Of a stretch of 31,706 nucleotides of DNA, positions 1 through 8,066 are shown one piece after another; within the stretch, counting starts at the first letter, position 1, and every line of letters begins with the position of its first letter. Both the position numbers and the translations under genes were made by a program. Source of the DNA: a bacterium (GTDB taxonomy: Bacteria > Zhuqueibacterota > Zhuqueibacteria > Oceanimicrobiales > Oceanimicrobiaceae); assembly GCA_037446635.1 (NCBI GenBank), contig JBBIIG010000047.1, forward strand, positions 1 through 31,706. Reading direction: 5' to 3'. The notes under the pieces are model-generated. The model made no database searches, was not told where the DNA came from, and was given only the letters and a program-made list of their open reading frames with translations.

Positions 1-1
1 C

Positions 2-409
2 GAGGCTTGCGACTTCGACATTGAGCACCTGAATTTGCCAGCGGTCAATGTTTTGAAAAACGCCAAGCGTGAAGACTATTTCGCGCCCGGCAGTCTTTTT
101 AAATTGAATTTGGATCCGCGGTCGGAGTTAACGTTCGGGATGCCCAAAACCGCCTCCATTTATATAAATAACGGCGTGGCGCTGGAGCTCAAACCCTACG
201 TTCACGAAATCCGCGAAAGCGCTTTTTACGGCAGCCGCAATTTGCTGCAGAGCGGCTGGGTGGTGGGCGAAGAGCGGCTGTGGAACAAGATCGCGCTGGC
301 GGAAATTCCGGTGGGAAAAGGGCGGGCGATTTTATATGCGTTCCGGGTGCACCATCGCGGGCAGATGTTCGGAACCTTCAAATTGTTGTTCAACGCTTTT
401 TATAATTGA
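2..409 (+). CDS. C-terminal fragment of a large M14-type zinc carboxypeptidase-like protein (5' partial)
   Basis: Frame is open from base 2 (EACDFDIEHLNLPAVNV...). Motifs FAPGSL, LLQSGW.GEE.L, VGKGRAILYAFRVHHRGQ..GTFKLLFNA match the usual C-terminal glutamine-amidotransferase-like domain of these peptidases. Catalytic domain is not in the window. Confidence 0.65.
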   Translation, partial: EACDFDIEHLNLPAVNVLKNAKREDYFAPGSLFKLNLDPRSELTFGMPKTASIYINNGVALELKPYVHEIRESAFYGSRNLLQSGWVVGEERLWNKIALAEIPVGKGRAILYAFRVHHRGQMFGTFKLLFNAFYN

Positions 410-445
410 ACTTCCTATTTGTTACAATCTGCTTTTGCTTTCTTT

Positions 446-2536
446 ATGACGATCCTCTCAAAATCGTGGCAGCTCAAAAAAGAGCTTACGCTCCTCAACG
501 TGTACGCCATCGCCATCGGCGCCACCCTCGCTTCGGGATTTTTTCTGTTACCGGGGTTGGCGGCGGCGCAGGCCGGTCCGGCAGTGGTGCTCAGTTACTT
601 AATCGCCGCGCTGCCGGTTTTGCCGGCGGTGTTAAGCCAGGCCGAGTTGGCGGCCGCCATGCCGCGGGCTGGCGGAGTGTATTATTTTTTGGATCGCAGT
701 TTAGGGCCGCTGTTTGGAACCATTGGCGGTTTGGGCACCTGGCTGGCGCTGATTTTGAAAACCGCCTTCGCTTTGGTTGGCATGGGGGCGTATTTGAATT
801 TGCTGATTCCGGGAATTCCGGTGGCGCCGTTGGCGGTGCTGTTAGCCTTGGTGTTCGGATATTTAAACCTCTTTGGAGCGAAGAAAACGAGCGCCTTTCA
901 AGTGGCCCTGGCGTTGACGCTTTTGGTGATCATCGGTGGGTTTTCAGCGAAAGGCCTGTTTCACCTGCAGCCGCAGCATTTTGAGGGATTCTTTGACAAA
1001 GGTTTTGACGCCATCGTCGGCGCGGCCGGTCTGGTTTACTTAAGTTACGTCGGCATCTCAAAGGTGGTGAGCGTTTCCGAGGAAGTGAAAAACCCGGACC
1101 GAAATCTCCCCCTCGGAATGTTTTTGGCGGTCATCACCGCGATTGTGATTTACGGACTTGGCACGCTGGTGATGGTTGGCGTGGTGCCGCTGGGGCGTCT
1201 CCAAAACGATCTCACCCCCGTAGCCACGGCGGCGCAGACCTTCGCCGGCTCGTGGGGCATGGCAATTGTGGTGGTCGCGGCGCTGCTGGCGTTTTCGTCG
1301 GTGGCCAACACCGGCATCTTGAGCGCCTCGCGCTACCCCCTGGCAATGAGCCGCGATCATCTCCTCCCCCGTTTTTTCCGCTATCTCAACGAACATCGCA
1401 CCCCCAAAATTTCCATCTACATCACCGTGGTGGTAATTATCGTTTGTTTGACTCTTTTCAACCCAGCTAAAATCGCTAAATTGGCCAGCGCGTTTCAGTT
1501 GCTGCTGTTTGCGCTCACCTGTCTGGCAATTATTATCATGCGCGAAAGCCGCATCCAATCTTATGATCCAGGCTTTCGGTCGCCATTCTACCCGTGGACT
1601 CAGATATTCGGAATGATCCTACCGCTTTTGATCATTGTCAAAATGGGTTGGTATGCATCTGCCTTCACCAGCGGCCTCATTCTATTAGGCGCATTGTGGT
1701 ATTTTGTTTATGCTCGCAAAAGAGTTACCCGGGGAGGCGCCATTTATCACATCTTCGCCCGGTTGGGAGAAAAACGCTTCGAGGGGCTGGACAGCGAGCT
1801 GCGGGGCATTTTAAAAGAAAAGGGCGCCCGCGCCGAAGACCCGTTCGACGTGGTGATTGCGCGCGCCGGTTTCATTGACCTGAGCGGCAGTGTGAGCTTT
1901 GAAGAAGTGGTTGAAAAAGCTGCTGACCATTTATCCTGCCGCCTCAATCTCTTGGCTGATAACATGAAAGAGAGTTTTCTACAAGGCACCCGATTTGGCG
2001 CCACGCCGGTTTCTCACGGGGTGGCGCTCCCGCATATTCGACTACAAGGGTTAACTCAGCCGGAGATCGTTATCGTGCGGGCGCAAAAAGGCGTGCAGGT
2101 AAATTTAGACAACGGCCAGCACGATACGCCGGCGCGCCAGCCGGTTCACGCTTTCTTCTTTCTAGCTAGTCCGGAAGACAACCCGGGGCAGCACTTGCGG
2201 ATTCTCGCGCAAATCGCTGGGCAAGTGGACGACGAACGCTTTATGCCCCACTGGTTGGGCGCGAAGAACGAGCAGGAAATCAAAGAGCTGTTGCTGCGCG
2301 ACGAGCGCTTCTTCTCCCTGCAACTACTGGCGGGCTCAAAATCTGCCGCGCTCATCAATCAGGCCATCCGCGATTTGAATATGCCGCCCGGCAGCCTCAT
2401 TGCCTTAATCCACCGCGGCGGTGAAATTATTTTTCCGCGCGGCAGCACGCGCCTCCTCGAAGGCGACCGCCTGACCATCATCGGCGAGCCGTTGGGCGTT
2501 CAAAAACTGCGCGAAAATTACGGCGATGAAAATTAA
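446..2536 (+). CDS. APC-family amino acid permease fused to a PTS EIIA-like domain and a TrkA-C (RCK_C) domain
   Basis: LKKELTLLNVYAIAIGATLASGFF, AELAAAMPRAGGVY, SEEVKNPDRNLP, about 12 hydrophobic segments; then GVALPH plus HLRILAQIA (EIIA-like) and ALIHRGGEIIFPRGSTRLLEGDRLTIIG (RCK_C). Start ATG 446 preferred; TTG 419 possible. Confidence 0.9.
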   Translation: MTILSKSWQLKKELTLLNVYAIAIGATLASGFFLLPGLAAAQAGPAVVLSYLIAALPVLPAVLSQAELAAAMPRAGGVYYFLDRSLGPLFGTIGGLGTWLALILKTAFALVGMGAYLNLLIPGIPVAPLAVLLALVFGYLNLFGAKKTSAFQVALALTLLVIIGGFSAKGLFHLQPQHFEGFFDKGFDAIVGAAGLVYLSYVGISKVVSVSEEVKNPDRNLPLGMFLAVITAIVIYGLGTLVMVGVVPLGRLQNDLTPVATAAQTFAGSWGMAIVVVAALLAFSSVANTGILSASRYPLAMSRDHLLPRFFRYLNEHRTPKISIYITVVVIIVCLTLFNPAKIAKLASAFQLLLFALTCLAIIIMRESRIQSYDPGFRSPFYPWTQIFGMILPLLIIVKMGWYASAFTSGLILLGALWYFVYARKRVTRGGAIYHIFARLGEKRFEGLDSELRGILKEKGARAEDPFDVVIARAGFIDLSGSVSFEEVVEKAADHLSCRLNLLADNMKESFLQGTRFGATPVSHGVALPHIRLQGLTQPEIVIVRAQKGVQVNLDNGQHDTPARQPVHAFFFLASPEDNPGQHLRILAQIAGQVDDERFMPHWLGAKNEQEIKELLLRDERFFSLQLLAGSKSAALINQAIRDLNMPPGSLIALIHRGGEIIFPRGSTRLLEGDRLTIIGEPLGVQKLRENYGDEN

Positions 2537-2651
2537 TGCCCTCTCCCATCTGAAACTTTTGTTGAACCGGCGCGTTTTCAATTCGTGCAAATTCATTGGA
2601 ATTAACACCCCTTTCACAAATTTCTTATTACCCAAAACAGGAGGAGCAGAT

Positions 2652-5495
2652 ATGTCCACTCGAACGCTCTTTAGTCTGTGTCTATGTCTTATTCTAATCA
2701 CTGGAGGTGCTATGGCCAACGACGATGCCAAAGATTCCAAAATTTTTCCCTACAAGTATCACATCAAAGATTTGAAAAATGGCCTGCGGGTGATTGTGGT
2801 GCCGACGGATTACCCCAACATTGTTTCGCTGCAAATCCCCGTGCAAACCGGCTCCCGCAACGAAGTGGAGCCCGGCAAATCCGGCTTCGCCCATTTTTTC
2901 GAACACATGATGTTCCGCGGCACCGAAAAATTTCCCAATGAAAAATACACCGAGATTCTCAAAAACGCCGGCGCCGATCAAAATGCCTACACCTCCGACG
3001 ACGTCACCAACTACCACATCACCTTCTCCAAAGAAGATTTGGAAACCGTGCTCATGTTAGAAGCCGATCGTTTCCAAAATTTGAAATACTCGGTGGAAGA
3101 TTTCAAAACCGAATCCAAAGCTGTGCTAGGCGAATACAATAAAAATTCCGCCAATCCAATTCAGAAGCTCATCGAGGTGCAGCGCAACGCGGCGTTCCAA
3201 GTCCATACTTACAAACATACGACGATGGGTTTTCTCAAAGACATCGAAGACATGCCCAACCAGTATGATTACAGTTTGACATTTTTTGATCGCTACTACC
3301 GCCCGGAAAAAAGCGTCATCATTTTGGCTGGCGACGTCAACCCCGAGCAAGCGTTCAAGTTGGTGGAAAAATATTGGAGCAGTTGGAAGCCCGGCAATTT
3401 CAAACCGGCGATTCCACCGGAGCCGGAACCCATGGGTGCGGTTTACGATCACGTCGCGTGGACGACGCCGACCCTGCCGTGGATAACCGTGGCGTTCCAC
3501 GGGCCAGCATTTTCAGAAACGAAAAATGACATGGCCACGATGGATGTCATCCAACAATTAGCGTTCTCGGAAAGCTCGCCGCTGTATCAAAAATTGGTGG
3601 TGAAAGAACAGAAGGTCGATCAGCTCTGGGCGTACTTTCCCGATCGGGTTGACCCTTATTTGCTGACGGTAGCCGCGCGGGTCAAAGACCTCAACGACGT
3701 CTGGTACGTGCGCGACGAAATTCTCAAAGCCTTTGCCCAGTTGCGCACCGAGCCGGTTTCGGCGCAGCGGCTGGCGGAGATCAAATCCAACTTGAAATAT
3801 TCGTTCGCCAACAGCATGGACAATTCCGAAACCATCGCCAGCGCGCTGGTGGGCTACGTGGTGCGCACCAAAGATCCCGAAACCATCAACCGCGTTTATC
3901 GCCTTTATGACACCATCACGCCCGAGGATATTCAAGCCAAAGCCAACCAGTACTTCACGGACAATCGGCTGGTGGTGGTTTCCCTCTCGAAAGAACCGCT
4001 GCCGGACGTTGCAACTAAAACTGGCTCCATCGATGAAATCGTGAAAAACGCGTTGCAGGCGCCGCCGGAAATCGAGACGGTGCTGCTGCGCGGAGATTCG
4101 CCCATCATCAATTTTCGACTTCTGTTCAACGTTGGCGCAGCGAACGATCCCGCTGGCAAAGCCGGGCTGGCGCAGTTGACTGCCGCGATGATCACTGACG
4201 CCGGCAGCAAAACCATGAAATACGAAGAAATCCAAAAAGCGCTGTTTCCGATGGCAGCGTCGTTCGGCAATCAAGTTGACAAAGAGATGACCGTGTTCAC
4301 CGGCACGACCCACCGCGACAACCTCAACGCCTATTATGACATTATCTCGCAGCAGCTTCTCAATCCGGGCTGGGACGAGTCGGATTTCACCCGCGTGAAA
4401 ACCAATTTGATCAACTACATCAAAGTGAGCCTGCGGGAAAACAACGACGAGGAGTTGGGCAAAGAGGCGCTGTATGAATTCATTTACAGAAATCACCCCT
4501 ACAGCCATTTAAATTACGGCCACGTGGCGGCGCTGGAAAAAATGTCACTGGACGATGTTAAAAATTTCTACGCTGAAAACTACACCCGCGCCAACTTGGT
4601 TTTGGGATTGGCCGGCAACTTCGGCGATGAATTTTTAAATCGCTTCAAAAAAGATCTGGCGCAATTGCCGGAAGGCGTCCGGGTTAAAATTGCGCCGCCG
4701 CAGCCGCCGGCGATCAGCGGCCACGAAGCGGAGATCATTCAAAAGGAAACCCGCTCAACGGCGGTTTCATTCGGCTTCCCCATCGCGGTCAATCGCGCGC
4801 ATGCGGATTTCACCGCGCTGCTGCTGGTGCAGTCCTACTTCGGCGAGCACCGCTCCTCCAACAGTTACTTGTATCAACGCATCCGTGAAATCCGCGGCAT
4901 GAACTACGGGGATTACGCATACATCGAATATTTCCCCCACGGCATGTTTCAGTTCCAGCCGGATCCGAATCTCGGCCGCCAGCAGCAAATTTTTCAAGTG
5001 TGGATTCGCCCGGTGGAGACCGTGCAGAACGCCCATTTCGCCACGCGCGTCGCCATGTTTGAGTTGAACAAGCTCATCAACAACGGCATGACCAAAGAGG
5101 ATTTTGAGGCGACCAGAAATTACCTGCTCAAATATGTGAATATCCTCACCAAGAGTCAGGATCAGCAATTAGGCTATGCCCTCGACAGCCGCTACTACGG
5201 CATCGGCGAGTTCACGAGCTTTGTTTCAGAAAATCTCAAGAAGCTAACGTTGGAAGACGTCAACCGCGTGATCAAAACCCATTTGCAGGATCAGAATGTC
5301 AAGTTTGTTTTCGTCACCAAAGATGCCGAAGATTTGAAAAACCGGCTGCTCAACAACACGACGTCGCCGATCACCTACCAGGCGGAAAAGCCAGCGGAGT
5401 TGTTGGAAGAAGATAAAATCATTCAGGATTACAAACTGAATTTTGCCGCGGATAAAGTAACCATCCGCCCGGTGGAACAGGTGTTTGTGGATTAA
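2652..5495 (+). CDS. Secreted M16 (insulinase/pitrilysin family) zinc protease, fused two-half form
   Basis: GSRNE..GKSGFAHFFEHMMFRGT (HxxEH), NAYTS.D.TNY, C-terminal IREIRGMNY (R/Y pair). AGGAGGAG RBS before ATG 2652, followed by a signal-peptide-like N-terminus. Confidence 0.93.
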   Translation: MSTRTLFSLCLCLILITGGAMANDDAKDSKIFPYKYHIKDLKNGLRVIVVPTDYPNIVSLQIPVQTGSRNEVEPGKSGFAHFFEHMMFRGTEKFPNEKYTEILKNAGADQNAYTSDDVTNYHITFSKEDLETVLMLEADRFQNLKYSVEDFKTESKAVLGEYNKNSANPIQKLIEVQRNAAFQVHTYKHTTMGFLKDIEDMPNQYDYSLTFFDRYYRPEKSVIILAGDVNPEQAFKLVEKYWSSWKPGNFKPAIPPEPEPMGAVYDHVAWTTPTLPWITVAFHGPAFSETKNDMATMDVIQQLAFSESSPLYQKLVVKEQKVDQLWAYFPDRVDPYLLTVAARVKDLNDVWYVRDEILKAFAQLRTEPVSAQRLAEIKSNLKYSFANSMDNSETIASALVGYVVRTKDPETINRVYRLYDTITPEDIQAKANQYFTDNRLVVVSLSKEPLPDVATKTGSIDEIVKNALQAPPEIETVLLRGDSPIINFRLLFNVGAANDPAGKAGLAQLTAAMITDAGSKTMKYEEIQKALFPMAASFGNQVDKEMTVFTGTTHRDNLNAYYDIISQQLLNPGWDESDFTRVKTNLINYIKVSLRENNDEELGKEALYEFIYRNHPYSHLNYGHVAALEKMSLDDVKNFYAENYTRANLVLGLAGNFGDEFLNRFKKDLAQLPEGVRVKIAPPQPPAISGHEAEIIQKETRSTAVSFGFPIAVNRAHADFTALLLVQSYFGEHRSSNSYLYQRIREIRGMNYGDYAYIEYFPHGMFQFQPDPNLGRQQQIFQVWIRPVETVQNAHFATRVAMFELNKLINNGMTKEDFEATRNYLLKYVNILTKSQDQQLGYALDSRYYGIGEFTSFVSENLKKLTLEDVNRVIKTHLQDQNVKFVFVTKDAEDLKNRLLNNTTSPITYQAEKPAELLEEDKIIQDYKLNFAADKVTIRPVEQVFVD

Positions 5496-5508
5496 ATTAT
5501 GGAAGAAC

Positions 5509-5539
5509 CCCTTGCGAAGGTTTGAAACCTTCGCAAGGG
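5509..5539. repeat. Perfect 15-bp inverted repeat (REP-like palindrome; may also act as terminator)
   Basis: CCCTTGCGAAGGTTT-G-AAACCTTCGCAAGGG, 13 nt after the M16 stop and between convergent genes; no U-tract. Confidence 0.75.
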
Positions 5540-5746
5540 TTGGTGGCGATGCAGTGCGGAAGAAACTTGATCGCAAACTATGCCTTTCGAGATTTGGCAG
5601 CGAGGAATAATCTTGCGCCTAACGTTTCTTTGCCTTACGTGAATTGGAAAATCGCTTCAAAAGAAACTCGCACAGGCTGCGCAAATTCGTTGAAAGCTGA
5701 TCCGCACCGGTTACCGGGTTTTGTGTTCGTGGCGTTGCCATACGCC

Positions 5747-7483
5747 CTACCGCAGGCGGCTGATTTCGTCGTCCCGTCCGGTCTGTTCCCATCGAATCAA
5801 TGAAACGGGGATAACCCCCGCTGAGTTGAGTTCGTCCATAAAACGCTTCAGAGTGAAGCGGTCGCCAAGCTGATGCGCGCGCTCGGCCAATAACTTCTCA
5901 ATTTCCAGTTTCCCGGTTAGATAGCTGCTGCCGTAACCGGGCTGCTGCAGATACAAATCTTGTTCAAACCAAACCAGCGCGCCGTCCCTCTCAAGCCAGG
6001 CGCGCGGCGTCCATTCGCAGGCGAAGTCAACAGCTTGCTGCATCGTCCAGTCGTTGCTATGCACGTGAAGCCCGCCGAGGGCGCGGGCGGCGCGCTGCGC
6101 CAACAAAATCCAGATCAGCTCGCGGGCGCGCGGCCGGTCGTCTAAAAGTCCGGCGTGCATCATCATCTCCTCCATGGCAGTGGCCAGGCCCTCGGCCCGG
6201 AACGCGAAGATGTTGTAAAGCAGCGGAACCCGCCGGATGGGACTGGGATGCGGCTCGTTTGCCAGCCGCGCCAACTCAATCCAGTGGTATTGATGGGTTC
6301 GCATCACCATTGGATCGTGCAGGTTCACCTTCGTAAAGAAGCTGCGATATTGATCAGGCGGGGTAAATTTACCAATTTGTGCGCGCAACGCTGCATCCAT
6401 GTAATTCTTGATCGAGAGAATTTCCTCTGCGGTTAGAAATTTCATGAACTCGGTGACCGCCTCATTTAATTGGCGGTCATATTCCTCGGCGCTGGCGATC
6501 TCCTGCGCCGGCGGCAGTTTGCGATTGTGGTGCTCTTCCAGTCTGAGCGAGGCGTGCGCACGCGCCAACTCACGATGCATGATCGTCACTTCGTCATCCC
6601 ACGTGTAGGGAAGGAGGTAAACGTTTTTCAAATACCAGTTGTAGTTCTGCTTGCCCACTCCCGAAGGACCGGTCTTGGATGGCGCCTCGGCCTCGAGCCA
6701 GGCAATGAAATCCTCGGTGGCCAAACGCGCTTCTTGAACCGCTGACTCCAACTCCGCATTCTTTGCAACCCGCTGCGCCAGCGCCTCCAGATCTTCCTTT
6801 TGTTCTTTCATTCTGCGGATGCCGCCCAGCCAGAGGTCGCGGGCGTTTTCAACCAAATTGCTTTTCGCCTGTTTGAGGATTTTGGGGATGGATCGCAGTT
6901 TCGCGGCGAGGTCCGCGGCGCGCTCTGCTGTGAGCGGAAATTCATATTGCCAGACCTCAATGGCGCCGTGGAGCACCGGGCCTTCTCTGGCGGGAACATC
7001 GCTTTGAGAAGGCCAGATCATCGCGTAAAAAGCGGGACTGCGCGCCCACGGCCGGCGCACGCGGTGATCGAAGTCAAGGCCGTTCATTTCGGCGCGCACC
7101 AGATGATAATCAACTTGCTGGGAGATGGGCCAGCCGCTGGTGTCGATGGCCGCCAGACGCTGCTGATATTTTTCCAGGGCCCGGTGTTGTTTGGTCATGG
7201 CCTCGGTGGTGTAGTCGGGAATGCCATCCACCAGAGCCGGTTTCTGGAAGTTCCGCCAATCTTTGAACAGCACGACGAGATCCTCGTAATTGCTGCTCTC
7301 TTTGTCGTCCGTGGGGCTTGTTTGCGCCCACCCCGCAGCGCACGCTAACACTGACACCAGAATAACGACCTTCCGAAAAGTCGACAAGCGCGAGACCTGT
7401 GGAATCCTTGTCAACCTTGAGCGCGGGTTGATGCGAACGACTGAGGAATCTTCTTTCCCAAACAGCTTATCTAAAAAAACCAT
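5747..7483 (-). CDS. DUF885-family secreted protein (putative metallopeptidase fold)
   Basis: AEGLATAMEEMM, YLQQPGYGSSYLTGKLEI and LGDRFTLKRFMDELNSAGVIP correspond to the DUF885 motifs EGWA.YAE, PGQA.SY..G and F....FHD..L..G..P. Signal-like segment VVILVSVLACAAGWAQ; GGAGG RBS before ATG 7483. Confidence 0.75.
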   Translation of the reverse strand: MVFLDKLFGKEDSSVVRINPRSRLTRIPQVSRLSTFRKVVILVSVLACAAGWAQTSPTDDKESSNYEDLVVLFKDWRNFQKPALVDGIPDYTTEAMTKQHRALEKYQQRLAAIDTSGWPISQQVDYHLVRAEMNGLDFDHRVRRPWARSPAFYAMIWPSQSDVPAREGPVLHGAIEVWQYEFPLTAERAADLAAKLRSIPKILKQAKSNLVENARDLWLGGIRRMKEQKEDLEALAQRVAKNAELESAVQEARLATEDFIAWLEAEAPSKTGPSGVGKQNYNWYLKNVYLLPYTWDDEVTIMHRELARAHASLRLEEHHNRKLPPAQEIASAEEYDRQLNEAVTEFMKFLTAEEILSIKNYMDAALRAQIGKFTPPDQYRSFFTKVNLHDPMVMRTHQYHWIELARLANEPHPSPIRRVPLLYNIFAFRAEGLATAMEEMMMHAGLLDDRPRARELIWILLAQRAARALGGLHVHSNDWTMQQAVDFACEWTPRAWLERDGALVWFEQDLYLQQPGYGSSYLTGKLEIEKLLAERAHQLGDRFTLKRFMDELNSAGVIPVSLIRWEQTGRDDEISRLR

Positions 7484-7500
7484 ATCACTTCCTCCATAAT

Positions 7501-7563
7501 TTAGATTTGATTTAATCCGAGCTTTTTCGAGAACTTGTTCTGCAATATAGTTTGGCCGACCAT
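7501..7563 (-). pseudogene. 20-codon remnant of a Ser/Thr kinase 5' end
   Basis: Reads MVGQTILQNKFSKKLGLNQI* after GGAGAGGG. Aligns to MIGKTISHYKILEKLG with compensating 1-nt indels (aac aag -tt ctc gaa aaag ctc gga). Confidence 0.55.
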
Positions 7564-7573
7564 TTCAGCCCTC

Positions 7574-8014
7574 TCCTGTCAACTTCGCCAACCGCGTCTT
7601 GTGTTCCCCTGTGGATGATGCCTTTTTTATGAGCCGCTTGCAAGCCTCGGGCAATTTGAGTGGCGTAATCTAAGGCATTGTCAATTGACAATTGTCGATT
7701 AATAATTGTCTTAATTCCCGGCCCTCGATATACTCCATAACGATGGACAACCTGCCCCGATCCGTCTGGGTCTCATCGTCGTGTTCCTCGATGGTGTGGA
7801 TGGTCGCCATGTTCGGGTGGTTTAACGCCGCCGCAGCCTGCACTTCGATTTTGAAACGCGCGCGTTCTTCCTCGCTGACGGCTATCTGACGTGGCAGGAA
7901 TTTGATGGCGACGTCACGTTTGAGCTGGGTGTCCTCGGCTTTGTAGACCACGCCCATGCCGCCCTCGCCGAGTTTCTCTAAAATCTTATAGTGTGAGATT
8001 GTTTTGCCGATCAT
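7574..8014 (-). pseudogene. Frameshifted, truncated Ser/Thr kinase
   Basis: ORF 8014-7670 covers subdomains I-V. Homology continues in another frame (IDNALDYATQIARGLQAAHKKGIIHR, to 7608), and a LAKLTG scrap of DFGLAKL lies at 7591-7574. Confidence 0.88.
7677..7711. repeat. Heptamer tandem array inside kinase coding sequence
   Basis: ATTGTCA ATTGACA ATTGTCG ATTAATA ATTGTCT (5 units). Confidence 0.8.
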
Positions 8015-8066
8015 GATCCATCTCTTCCGGTTTTTTTGATTGATCGTTTTCCGCCAATCATCCAGC

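Noticed and set aside
2526..2651. Extended N-termini given by the ORF track (also 10418, 13661, 14953, 16885, 23440, 26963, 27241, 30014)
   Set aside because: Downstream starts have better RBS, signal peptide, paralog match or ATGA coupling.
5522..5803. 93-aa ORF and a possible attC site (GCCTAAC)
   Set aside because: ORF starts inside the palindrome and overlaps the DUF885 end; no matching GTTRRRY core or attC hairpin.
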